A DNA stretch of 64,000 bases, taken from contig OZ024760.1 in the NCBI GenBank assembly GCA_964016885.1, positions 10,478,001 to 10,542,000 on the forward strand, in the 5' to 3' direction. Source of the DNA: Eledone cirrhosa (lineage: Eukaryota). Below are positions 13,901 to 28,900 of the stretch, piece by piece. Below the pieces are notes generated by a model that did not search any database, was not told the origin of the DNA, and saw nothing but the letters and a program-made list of their open reading frames with translations. Both the position numbers and the translations under genes were made by a program. Every line of letters begins with the position of its first letter. Position 1 is the first letter of the stretch.

Positions 13901-16900
13901 TTGAATTTGAATTGAATTTGAATTGAATTGAATTTGAATTGAATTGAATTTGAATTGAATTGAATTTGAATTGAATTTGAATTTAATTGAAATTGATTTG
14001 AATTGAATTGAATTGAATTTGAATTGAATTGAACTTGAATTGAATTGAATTTGAATTGAACTTGAATTGAATTGAATTTGAATTGAATTGAATTTGAATT
14101 GAATTGAATTTGAATTGAATTGAATTTGAATTGAATTTGAATTGAATTGAATTTGAATTGAATTGAATTTGAATTGAATTTGAATTGAATTGAATTTGAA
14201 TTGAATTGAATTTGAATTGAATTTGAATTGAATTGAATTTGAATTGAACTTGAATTCAATTGAATTTGAATTGAATTTGAATTGAATTGAATTTGAAATG
14301 AATTTGAATTGAATTTGAATTGAATTGAATTTGAATTGAATTGAATTTGAATTGAATTGAATTTGAATTGAATTTGAATTGAATTCCATTTGAATTGAAT
14401 TGAATTTGAATTGAATTGAATTGAATTTGAATTGAATTGAATTTGAATTGAATTGAATTTGAATTGAATTTGAATTTGAATTGAATTTGAATTGAATTGA
14501 ATTTGAATTGAATTGAATTTGAATTGAATTTGAATTGAACTTGAATTGAATTGAATTTGAATTGAATTTGAATTGGATTGAATTTGAATTGAATTGAATT
14601 TGAATTGAATTGAATTTGAATTGAATTGAATTTGAATTGAATTGAATTTAAATTGAATTGAATTTGAATTGAATTTGAATTGAATTGAATTTGAATTGAA
14701 TTTGAATTGAATTGAATTTGAATTGAATTGAATTTGAATTGAATTTGAATTGAATTGAATTTGAATTGAATTGAATTTGAATTGAATTTGAATTGAATTG
14801 AATTTGAATTGAATTGAATTTGAATTGAATTGAATTTGAATTGAATTTGAATTGAATTGAATTTGAATTGAAGTTGAATTGAATTTGAATTGAATTGAAA
14901 TTGAATTGAATTGAATTTGAATTGAATTTGAATTGAATTTGAATCGAATTGAATTTGAATTGAATTTGAATTGAATTGAATTTGAATTGAATTTGAATTG
15001 AATTGAATTTGAATTGAATTGAATTTGAATTGAATCTAATTTGAATTGAATTGAATTTGAATTGAATTGAATTTGAATTGAATTTAATTTGAATTGAATT
15101 GAACTTGAATTGAATTGAATTGAATTTGAATTGAATTGAATTTGAATTGAATTTGAATTTGAATTGAATTGAATTTGAATTGAATTTGAATTGAATTGAA
15201 TTTGAATTGAATTTGAATTGAATTGAATTTGAATTGAATTGAACTTGAATTGAATTGAATTGAATTTGAATTGAATTGAACTTGAATTGAATTTGAATTT
15301 GAATTGAATTTGAATTGAATTGAAATTGAATTGAATTGAATTGAATTGATTTGAATTGAATTTGAATTGAATTGAATTTGAATTGAATTGAATTTGAATT
15401 GAATTTGAATTGAATTTGAATTGAATTGAATTTTAATTGAATTTTAATTGAATTGAATTTGAATTGAATTGAATTTGAATTGAATTGAATTTGAATTGAA
15501 TTTGAATTGAATTGAATTTGAATTGAATTGAATTTGAATTGAATTGAATTTGAATTGAATTTGAATTGAATTGAATTTGAATTGAATTGAATTTGAATTG
15601 AATTTGAATTGAATTGAATTTGAATTGAATTGAATTTGAATTGAATTGAATTTGAATTGAATTTGAATTTAATTGAAATTGATTTGAATTGAATTGAATT
15701 GAATTTGAATTGAATTGAACTTGAATTGAATTGAATTTGAATTGAATTGAATTTGAATTGAATTAAATTTGAATTGAATTGAATTGAATTTGAATTGAAT
15801 TGAATTTGAATTGAATTTGAATTGAATTGAATTTGAATTGAATTGAATTTGAATTGAATTTGAATTGAATTGAATTTGAATTGAATTGAATTTGAATTGA
15901 ATTAAATTTGAATTGAATTGAATTTGAATTGAATTTGAATTGAATTGAATTTGAATTGAATTTGAATTGAATTGAATTTGAATTGAATTGAATTTGAATT
16001 GAATTTGAATTGAATTGAATTTGAATTGAATTGAATTTGAATTGAATTGAATTTGAATTGAATTTGAATTTAATTGAAATTGATTTGAATTGAATTGAAT
16101 TGAATTTGAATTGAATTGAACTTGAATTGAATTGAATTTGAATTGAACTTGAATTGAATTGAATTTGAATTGAATTGAATTTGAATTGAATTGAATTTGA
16201 ATTGAATTGAATTTGAATTGAATTGAATTGAATTGAATTGAATTGAATTGAATTGAATTTGAATTGAATTGAATTGAATATGAATTGAATTGAATTTGAA
16301 TTTGAATTGAATTTGAATTGAATTTGAATTGAATTGAAATTGAATTGAATTGAATTGAATTGATTTGAATTGAATTTGAATTGAATTGAATTTGAATTGA
16401 ATTGAATTTGAATTGAATTTGAATTGAATTTGAATTGAATTGAATTTTAATTGAATTTTAATTGAATTGAATTTGAATTGAATTGAATTTGAATTGAATT
16501 GAATTTGAATTGAATTTGAATTGAATTGAATTTGAATTGAATTGAATTTGAATTGAATTGAATTTGAATTGAATTTGAATTGAATTGAATTTGAATTGAA
16601 TTGAATTTGAATTGAATTTGAATTGAATTGAATTTGAATTGAATTGAATTTGAATTGAATTGAATTTGAATTGAATTTGAATTTAATTGAAATTGATTTG
16701 AATTGAATTGAATTGAATTTGAATTGAATTGAATTTGAATTGAATTAAATTTGAATTGAATTGAATTGAATTTGAATTGAATTGAATTTGAATTGAATTT
16801 GAATTGAATTGAATTTGAATTGAATTGAATTTGAATTGAATTTGAATTGAATTGAATTTGAATTGAATTGAATTTGAATTGAATTAAATTTGAATTGAAT

Positions 16901-19900
16901 TGAATTTGAATTGAATTTGAATTGAATTGAATTTGAATTGAATTTGAATTGAATTGAATTTGAATTGAATTGAATTTGAATTGAATTTGAATTGAATTGA
17001 ACTTGAATTGAATTGAATTTGAATTGAATTGAATTTGAATTGAATTTGAATTTAATTGAAATTGATTTGAATTGAATTGAATTGAATTTGAATTGAATTG
17101 AACTTGAATTGAATTGAATTTGAATTGAACTTGAATTGAATTGAATTTGAATTGAATTGAATTTGAATTGAATTGAATTTGAATTGAATTGAATTTGAAT
17201 TGAATTTGAATTGAATTGAATTTGAATTGAATTGAATTTGAATTGAATTTGAATTGAATTGAATTTGAATTGAATTGAATTTGAATTGAATTTGAATTGA
17301 ATTGAATTTGAATTGAACTTGAATTGAATTGAATTTGAATTGAATTTGAATTGAATTGAATTTGAAATGAATTTGAATTGAATTTGAATTGAATTGAATT
17401 TGAATTGAATTGAATTTGAATTGAATTGAATTTGAATTGAATTGAATTTGAATTGAATTTGAATTGAATTCCATTTGAATTGAATTGAATTTGAATTGAA
17501 TTGAATTGAATTTGAATTGAATTGAATTTGAATTGAATTGAATTTGAATTGAATTTGAATTTGAATTGAATTTGAATTGAATTGAATTTGAATTGAATTG
17601 AATTTGAATTGAATTTGAATTGAACTTGAATTGAATTGAATTTGAATTGAATTTGAATTGGATTGAATTTGAATTGAATTGAATTTGAATTGAATTGAAT
17701 TTGAATTGAATTGAATTTGAATTGAATTGAATTTAAATTGAATTGAATTTGAATTGAATTTGAATTGAATTGAATTTGAATTGAATTTGAATTGAATTGA
17801 ATTTGAATTGAATTGAATTTGAATTGAATTTGAATTGAATTGAATTTGAATTGAATTGAATTTGAATTGAATTTGAATTGAATTGAATTTGAATTGAATT
17901 GAATTTGAATTGAATTGAATTTGAATTGAATTTGAATTGAATTGAATTTGAATTGAAGTTGAATTGAATTTGAATTGAATTGAAATTGAATTGAATTGAA
18001 TTTGAATTGAATTTGAATTGAATTTGAATCGAATTGAATTTGAATTGAATTTGAATTGAATTGAATTTGAATTGAATTTGAATTGAATTGAATTTGAATT
18101 GAATTGAATTTGAATTGAATCTAATTTGAATTGAATTGAATTTGAATTGAATTGAATTTGAATTGAATTTAATTTGAATTGAATTGAACTTGAATTGAAT
18201 TGAATTGAATTTGAATTGAATTGAATTTGAATTGAATTTGAATTTGAATTGAATTGAATTTGAATTGAATTTGAATTGAATTGAATTTGAATTGAATTTG
18301 AATTGAATTGAATTTGAATTGAATTGAACTTGAATTGAATTGAATTGAATTTGAATTGAATTGAATTTGAATTGAATTTGAATTTGAATTGAATTTGAAT
18401 TGAATTGAAATTGAATTGAATTGAATTGAATTGATTTGAATTGAATTTGAATTGAATTGAATTTGAATTGAATTGAATTTGAATTGAATTTGAATTGAAT
18501 TTGAATTGAATTGAATTTTAATTGAATTTTAATTGAATTGAATTTGAATTGAATTGAATTTGAATTGAATTGAATTTGAATTGAATTTGAATTGAATTGA
18601 ATTTGAATTGAATTGAATTTGAATTGAATTGAATTTGAATTGAATTTGAATTGAATTGAATTTGAATTGAATTGAATTTGAATTGAATTTGAATTGAATT
18701 GAATTTGAATTGAATTGAATTTGAATTGAATTGAATTTGAATTGAATTTGAATTTAATTGAAATTGATTTGAATTGAATTGAATTGAATTTGAATTGAAT
18801 TGAACTTGAATTGAATTGAATTTGAATTGAATTGAATTTGAATTGAATTAAATTTGAATTGAATTGAATTGAATTTGAATTGAATTGAATTTGAATTGAA
18901 TTTGAATTGAATTGAATTTGAATTGAATTGAATTTGAATTGAATTTGAATTGAATTGAATTTGAATTGAATTGAATTTGAATTGAATTAAATTTGAATTG
19001 AATTGAATTTGAATTGAATTTGAATTGAATTGAATTTGAATTGAATTTGAATTGAATTGAATTTGAATTGAATTGAATTTGAATTGAATTTGAATTGAAT
19101 TGAATTTGAATTGAATTGAATTTGAATTGAATTGAATTTGAATTGAATTTGAATTTAATTGAAATTGATTTGAATTGAATTGAATTGAATTTGAATTGAA
19201 TTGAACTTGAATTGAATTGAATTTGAATTGAACTTGAATTGAATTGAATTTGAATTGAATTGAATTTGAATTGAATTGAATTTGAATTGAATTGAATTTG
19301 AATTGAATTTGAATTGAATTGAATTTGAATTGAATTGAATTTGAATTGAATTTGAATTGAATTGAATTTGAATTGAATTGAATTTGAATTGAATTTGAAT
19401 TGAATTGAATTTGAATTGAACTTGAATTGAATTGAATTTGAATTGAATTTGAATTGAATTGAATTTGAAATGAATTTGAATTGAATTTGAATTGAATTGA
19501 ATTTGAATTGAATTGAATTTGAATTGAATTGAATTTGAATTGAATTGAATTTGAATTGAATTTGAATTGAATTCCATTTGAATTGAATTGAATTTGAATT
19601 GAATTGAATTGAATTTGAATTGAATTGAATTTGAATTGAATTGAATTTGAATTGAATTTGAATTTGAATTGAATTTGAATTGAATTGAATTTGAATTGAA
19701 TTGAATTTGAATTGAATTTGAATTGAACTTGAATTGAATTGAATTTGAATTGAATTTGAATTGGATTGAATTTGAATTGAATTGAAATTGAATTGAATTG
19801 AATTTGAATTGAATTGAATTTGAATTGAATTGAATTTAAATTGAATTGAATTTGAATTGAATTTGAATTGAATTGAATTTGAATTGAATTTGAATTGAAT

Positions 19901-22900
19901 TGAATTTGAATTGAATTGAATTTGAATTGAATTTGAATTGAATTGAATTTGAATTGAATTGAATTTGAATTGAATTTGAATTGAATTGAATTTGAATTGA
20001 ATTGAATTTGAATTGAATTGAATTTGAATTGAATTTGAATTGAATTGAATTTGAATTGAAGTTGAATTGAATTTGAATTGAATTGAAATTGAATTGAATT
20101 GAATTTGAATTGAATTTGAATTGAATTTGAATCGAATTGAATTTGAATTGAATTTGAATTGAATTGAATTTGAATTGAATTTGAATTGAATTGAATTTGA
20201 ATTGAATTGAATTTGAATTGAATCTAATTTGAATTGAATTGAATTTGAATTGAATTGAATTTGAATTGAATTTAATTTGAATTGAATTGAACTTGAATTG
20301 AATTGAATTGAATTTGAATTGAATTGAATTTGAATTGAATTTGAATTTGAATTGAATTGAATTTGAATTGAATTTGAATTGAATTGAATTTGAATTGAAT
20401 TTGAATTGAATTGAATTTGAATTGAATTGAACTTGAATTGAATTGAATTGAATTTGAATTGAATTGAATTTGAATTGAATTTGAATTTGAATTGAATTGA
20501 ATTTGAATTGAATTTGAATTGAATTGAATTTGAATTGAATTTGAATTGAATTGAATTTGAATTGAATTGAATTTGAATTGAATTGAATTGAATTTGAATT
20601 GAATTGAATTTGAATTGAAATGAATTTGAATTGAATTGAATTTGAATTGAATTTGAATTGAATTGAATTTGAATTGAATTGAATTGAATTTGAATTGAAT
20701 TGAATTTGAATTGAATTGAATTTGAATTGAATTTGAATTGAATTTAAATTGAATTGAATTGAATTTGAATTGAATTTGAATGGAACTGAATTAGAATTGA
20801 ATTGAATTTGAATTGAATTGAATTGAATTTGAATTGAATTGAATTTGAATTGAATTTGAATTGAATTGAATTTGAATTGAATTGAATTTGAATTGAATTT
20901 GAATTTAATTGAATGTGAATTGAATTGAATTTGAATTGAATTGAATTGAATTTGAACTGAATTGAATTTGAATTGAATTGAATTTGAATTGAATTGAATT
21001 TGAATTGAATTGAATTGAATTTGAATTGAATTGAATTTGAATTGAATTGAATTTGAATTGAATTGAACTTGAATTGAATTGAATTTGAATTGAATTTGAA
21101 TTGAATTGAATTTGAATTGAATTGAATTTGAATTGAATTGAATTTGAATTGAATTTGAATTGAATTTGAATTGAATTGAATTTAAATTGAATTTGAATTG
21201 AATTGAATTTGAATTGAATTTGAATTGAATTAAATTTGAATTGAATTGAATTTGAATTGAATTGAATTTGAATTGAATTGAATTTGAATTGAATTGAATT
21301 TGAATTGAATTTGAATTGAATTGAATTTGAATTGAATTGAATTTGAATTGAATTGAATTTGAATGGAATTGAATTTGAATTGAATTGAATTTGAATTGTT
21401 TTGAATTTGAATTGAATTTGAATTGAATTGAACTTGAATTGAATTGAATTTGAATTGAATTTGAATTGTTTTGAATTTGAATTGAATTGAATTGAATTGA
21501 ATTGAATTTGAATTGAATTGAATTTGAATTGAATTGAATTTGAATTGAATTTGAATTGAATTTGAATTGAATTGAATTTGAATTGAATTGAATTTGAATT
21601 TAATTTGAATTGAATTGAATTTGAATTGAATTGAATTTGAATTGAATTTGAATTGAATTGAATTTGAATTGAATTGAAGTTGAATTCAATTGAATTTGAA
21701 TTGAATTTGAATTGAATTGAATTTGAATTAAATTGAATTTGAATTGAATTGAATTTGAATTGAATTTGAATTGAATTGAATTTGAATTGAATTGAATTTG
21801 AATTGAATTGAATTTGAATTGAATTTGAATTTGAATCGAATTGAATTGAATTTGAATTGAATTTGAATGGAATTGAATTTGAATTGAATTGAATTTGAAT
21901 TGAATTGAATTTGAATTGAATTGAATTGAATTTGAATTGAATTTGAATTGAATTGAATTTGAATTGAATTGAATTTGAATTGAATTGAATTTGAATTGAA
22001 TTGAACTTGAATTGAATTGAATTTGAATTGAATTTGAATTGAATTTGAATTGAATTTGAATTGAATTTGAATTGAATTGAATTTGAATTGAATTGAACTT
22101 GAATTGAATTTGAATTGAATTGAATTTGAATTGAATTGAATTTGAATTGAATTTGAATTGAATTGAATTTGAATTGAATTGAATTTGAATTGAATTTGAA
22201 TTGAATTGAATTTGACTTGAATTGAATTTGAATTGAATTTGAATTGAATTTGAATTGAATTGAATTTGAATTGAATTGAATTTGAATTGAATTGAATTTG
22301 AATTGAATTGAATTTGAATTGAATTGAATTGAATTTGAATTGAATTTGAATTGAATTGAATTTGAATTGAATTGAATTTGAATTGAATTGAATTTGAATT
22401 GAATTGAACTTGAATTGAATTGAATTTGAATTGAATTTGAATTGAATTTGAATTGAATTTGAATTGAATTTGAATTGAATTGAATTTGAATTGAATTGAA
22501 CTTGAATTGAATTTGAATTGAATTGAATTTGAATTGAATTGAATTTGAATTGAATTTGAATTGAATTGAATTTGAATTGAATTGAATTTGAATTGAATTT
22601 GAATTGAATTGAATTTGACTTGAATTGAATTTGAATTGAATTTGAATTGAATTTGAATTGAATTTGAATTGAATTGAATTTGAATTGAATTGAATTTGAA
22701 TTGAATTTGAATTGAATTGAATTTGAATTGAATTGAATTTGAATTGAATTTGAATTGAATTGAATTTGAATTGAATTTGAATCGAATTGAATTTGAATTG
22801 AATTTGAATTGAATTGAATTTGAATTGAATTTGAATTGAATTTGAATTGAATTGAATTTGAATTGAATTGAATTTGAATTGAATTGAATTGAATTTGAAT

Positions 22901-25900
22901 TGAATTGAATTTGAATTGAAATGAATTTGAATTGAATTGAATTTGAATTGAATTTGAATTTGAATTGAATTGAATTTGAATTGAATTGAATTTGAATTGA
23001 ATTGAATTTGAATTGAATTGAATTTGAATTGAATTGAACCTGAATTGAATTGAATTGAATTTGAATTGAATTGAATTTGAATTGAATTTGAATTGAATTT
23101 GAATTGAATTGAATTTGAATTGAATTTGAATTGAATTTGAATTGAATTGAATTTGAATTGAATTGAATTTGAATTGAATTGAATTGAATTTGAAATGAAT
23201 TGAATTTGAATTGAAATGAATTTGAATTGAATTGAATTTGAATTTGTATTTGAATTGAATTGAATTTGAACTGAATTGAATTTGAATTGAATTTGAATTG
23301 AATTGAATTTGAATAGAATTTGAATTGAATTGAATTGAATTTGAATTGAATTTGAATGGAATTGAATTTGAATTGAATTTGAATTGAATTGAATTTGAAT
23401 TGAATTGAATTGAATTTGAATTGAATTGAATTTGAATTGAATTGAATTTGAATTGAATTTGAATTGAATTGAATTTGAATTGAATTGAATTGAATTTGAA
23501 TTTGAATTGAATTTGAATTGAATTGAATTTGAATTGAATTGAATTGAATTTGAATTGAATTGAATTTGAATTGAATTGAATTTGAATTGAATTTGAATTG
23601 AATTGAATTTGAATTGAATTGAATTTGAATTGAATTTAATGTGAATTGAATTGAATTTGAATTGAATTGAATTGAATTTGAACTGAATTGAATTTGAATT
23701 GAATTGAATTTGAATTGAATTGAATTGAATTTGAATTGAATTTGAATTGAATTGAATTTGAATTGAACTTGAATTGAATTGAATTTGAATTTGAATTGAA
23801 TTGAATTGAATTGAATTGAATTGAATTGAATTGAATTGAATTGAATTGAATTGAATTGAATTGAATTGAATTGAATTGAATTTGAATTGAATTGAATTGA
23901 ATTGAATTGAATTGAATTGAATTGAATTGAATTGAATTGAATTGAATTGAATTGAATTGAATTGAATTGAATTGAATTGAATTGAATTGAATTGAATTTG
24001 AATTGAATTGAATTGAATATGAATTGAATTGAATTTGAATTTGAATTGAATTTGAATTGAATTTGAATTGAATTGAAATTGAATTGAATTGAATTGATTT
24101 GAATTGAATTTGAATTGAATTGAATTTGAATTGAATTGAATTTGAATTGAATTTGAATTGAATTTGAATTGAATTGAATTTTAATTGAATTTTAATTGAA
24201 TTGAATTTGAATTGAATTGAATTTGAATTGAATTGAATTTGAATTGAATTTGAATTGAATTGAATTTGAATTGAATTGAATTTGAATTGAATTGAATTTG
24301 AATTGAATTTGAATTGAATTGAATTTGAATTGAATTGAATTTGAATTGAATTTGAATTGAATTGAATTTGAATTGAATTGAATTTGAATTGAATTGAATT
24401 TGAATTGAATTGAATTTGAATTGAATTTGAATTTAATTGAAATTGATTTGAATTGAATTGAATTGAATTTGAATTGAACTTGAATTGAATTGAATTTGAA
24501 TTGAATTGAATTTGAATTGAATTAAATTTGAATTGAATTGAATTGAATTTGAATTGAATTGAATTTGAATTGAATTTGAATTGAATTGAATTTGAATTGA
24601 ATTGAATTTGAATTGAATTTGAATTGAATTGAATTTGAATTGAATTGAATTTGAATTGAATTAAATTTGAATTGAATTGAATTTGAATTGAATTTGAATT
24701 GAATTGAATTTGAATTGAATTTGAATTGAATTGAATTTGAATTGAATTGAATTTGAATTGAATTTGAATTGAATTGAATTTGAATTGAATTGAATTTGAA
24801 TTGAATTGAATTTGAATTGAATTTGAATTTAATTGAAATTGATTTGAATTGAATTGAATTGAATTTGAATTGAATTGAACTTGAATTGAATTGAATTTGA
24901 ATTGAACTTGAATTGAATTGAATTTGAATTGAATTGAATTTGAATTGAATTGAATTTGAATTGAATTGAATTTGAATTGAATTTGAATTGAATTGAATTT
25001 GAATTGAATTGAATTTGAATTGAATTTGAATTGAATTGAATTTGAATTGAATTGAATTTGAATTGAATTTGAATTGAATTGAATTTGAATTGAACTTGAA
25101 TTGAATTGAATTTGAATTGAATTTGAATTGAATTGAATTTGAAATGAATTTGAATTGAATTTGAATTGAATTGAATTTGAATTGAATTGAATTTGAATTG
25201 AATTGAATTTGAATTGAATTTGAATTGAATTCCATTTGAATTGAATTGAATTTGAATTGAATTGAATTGAATTTGAATTGAATTGAATTTGAATTGAATT
25301 GAATTTGAATTGAATTTGAATTTGAATTGAATTTGAATTGAATTGAATTTGAATTGAATTGAATTTGAATTGAATTTGAATTGAACTTGAATTGAATTGA
25401 ATTTGAATTGAATTTGAATTGGATTGAATTTGAATTGAATTGAATTTGAATTGAATTGAATTTGAATTGAATTGAATTTGAATTGAATTGAATTTAAATT
25501 GAATTGAATTTGAATTGAATTTGAATTGAATTGAATTTGAATTGAATTTGAATTGAATTGAATTTGAATTGAATTGAATTTGAATTGAATTTGAATTGAA
25601 TTGAATTTGAATTGAATTTGAATTGAATTGAATTTGAATTGAATTGAATTTGAATTGAATTGAATTTGAATTGAATTTGAATTGAATTGAATTTGAATTG
25701 AAGTTGAATTGAATTTGAATTGAATTGAAATTGAATTGAATTGAATTTGAATTGAATTTGAATTGAATTTGAATCGAATTGAATTTGAATTGAATTTGAA
25801 TTGAATTGAATTTGAATTGAATTTGAATTGAATTGAATTTGAATTGAATTGAATTTGAATTGAATCTAATTTGAATTGAATTGAATTTGAATTGAATTGA

Positions 25901-28900
25901 ATTTGAATTGAATTGAATTTGAATTGAATTGAACTTGAATTGAATTGAATTGAATTTGAATTGAATTGAATTTGAATTGAATTTGAATTTGAATTGAATT
26001 GAATTTGAATTGAATTTGAATTGAATTGAATTTGAATTGAATTTGAATTGAATTGAATTTGAATTGAATTGAACTTGAATTGAATTGAATTGAATTTGAA
26101 TTGAATTGAATTTGAATTGAATTTGAATTTGAATTGAATTGAATTTGAATTGAATTTGAATTGAATTGAATTTGAATTGAATTTGAATTGAATTGAATTT
26201 GAATTGAATTGAATTTGAATTGAATTGAATTGAATTTGAATTGAATTGAATTTGAATTGAAATGAATTTGAATTGAATTGAATTTGAATTGAATTTGAAT
26301 TGAATTGAATTTGAATTGAATTGAATTGAATTTGAATTGAATTGAATTTGAATTGAATTGAATTTGAATTGAATTTGAATTGAATTTAAATTGAATTGAA
26401 TTGAATTTGAATTGAATTTGAATGGAACTGAATTAGAATTGAATTGAATTTGAATTGAATTGAATTGAATTTGAATTGAATTGAATTTGAATTGAATTTG
26501 AATTGAATTGAATTTGAATTGAATTGAATTTGAATTGAATTTGAATTTAATTGAATGTGAATTGAATTGAATTTGAATTGAATTGAATTGAATTTGAACT
26601 GAATTGAATTTGAATTGAATTGAATTTGAATTGAATTGAATTTGAATTGAATTGAATTGAATTTGAATTGAATTGAATTTGAATTGAATTGAATTTGAAT
26701 TGAATTGAACTTGAATTGAATTGAATTTGAATTGAATTTGAATTGAATTGAATTTGAATTGAATTGAATTTGAATTGAATTGAATTTGAATTGAATTTGA
26801 ATTGAATTTGAATTGAATTGAATTTAAATTGAATTTGAATTGAATTGAATTTGAATTGAATTTGAATTGAATTAAATTTGAATTGAATTGAATTTGAATT
26901 GAATTGAATTTGAATTGAATTGAATTTGAATTGAATTGAATTTGAATTGAATTTGAATTGAATTGAATTTGAATTGAATTGAATTTGAATTGAATTGAAT
27001 TTGAATGGAATTGAATTTGAATTGAATTTGAATTGAATTTAAATTGAATTGAATTGAATTTGAATTGAATTTGAATGGAACTGAATTAGAATTGAATTGA
27101 ATTTGAATTGAATTGAATTGAATTTGAATTGAATTGAATTTGAATTGAATTTGAATTGAATTGAATTTGAATTGAATTGAATTTGAATTGAATTTGAATT
27201 TAATTGAATGTGAATTGAATTGAATTTGAATTGAATTGAATTGAATTTGAACTGAATTGAATTTGAATTGAATTGAATTTGAATTGAATTGAATTTGAAT
27301 TGAATTGAATTGAATTTGAATTGAATTGAATTTGAATTGAATTGAATTTGAATTGAATTGAACTTGAATTGAATTGAATTTGAATTGAATTTGAATTGAA
27401 TTGAATTTGAATTGAATTGAATTTGAATTGAATTGAATTTGAATTGAATTTGAATTGAATTTGAATTGAATTGAATTTAAATTGAATTTGAATTGAATTG
27501 AATTTGAATTGAATTTGAATTGAATTAAATTTGAATTGAATTGAATTTGAATTGAATTGAATTTGAATTGAATTGAATTTGAATTGAATTGAATTTGAAT
27601 TGAATTTGAATTGAATTGAATTTGAATTGAATTGAATTGAATTTGAATTGAATTGAATTTGAATTGAAATGAATTTGAATTGAATTGAATTTGAATTGAA
27701 TTGAATTTGAATGGAATTGAATTTGAATTGAATTGAATTTGAATTGTTTTGAATTTGAATTGAATTTGAATTGAATTGAACTTGAATTGAATTGAATTTG
27801 AATTGAATTTGAATTGTTTTGAATTTGAATTGAATTGAATTGAATTGAATTGAATTTGAATTGAATTGAATTTGAATTGAATTGAATTTGAATTGAATTT
27901 GAATTGAATTTGAATTGAATTGAATTTGAATTGAATTGAATTTGAATTTAATTTGAATTGAATTGAATTTGAATTTGAATTGAATTGAATTTGAATTGAA
28001 TTTGAATTGAATTGAATTTGAATTGAATTGAAGTTGAATTGAATTGAATTTGAATTGAATTTGAATTGAATTGAATTTGAATTAAATTGAATTTGAATTG
28101 AATTGAATTTGAATTGAATTTGAATTGAATTGAATTTGAATTGAATTGAATTTGAATTGAATTGAATTTGAATTGAATTTGAATTTGAATCGAATTGAAT
28201 TGAATTTGAATTGAATTTGAATTGAATTGAATTTGAATTGAATTGAATTTGAATTGAATTGAATTTGAATTGAATTGAATTGAATTTGAATTGAATTTGA
28301 ATTGAATTGAATTTGAATTGAATTGAATTTGAATTGAATTGAATTTGAATTGAATTGAACTTGAATTGAATTGAATTTGAATTGAATTTGAATTGAATTT
28401 GAATTGAATTTGAATTGAATTTGAATTGAATTGAATTTGAATTGAATTGAACTTGAATTGAATTTGAATTGAATTGAATTTGAATTGAATTGAATTTGAA
28501 TTGAATTTGAATTGAATTGAATTTGAATTGAATTGAATTTAAATTGAATTGATTTTGAATTGAATTGAATTGAATTTGAATTGAATTGAATTTGAATTGA
28601 TTTGAATTGAATTTGAATTGAATTGAATTTGAATTGAATTCAATTTGAATTGAATTCAATTTGAATTGAATTCAATTTGAATTCAATTCAATTTGAATTG
28701 AATTTGAATTTGAATTGAATTTGAATTTGAATTGAATTTGAATTGAATTGAATTGAATTTGAATTGAATTGAATTTGAATAGAATTGAATTTGAATTGAA
28801 TTTGAATTGAATTGAATTTGAATTGAATTGAATTGAATTTGAATTGAATTGAATTTGAATTGAATTGAATTTGAATTGAACTTGAATTGAATTGAATTTG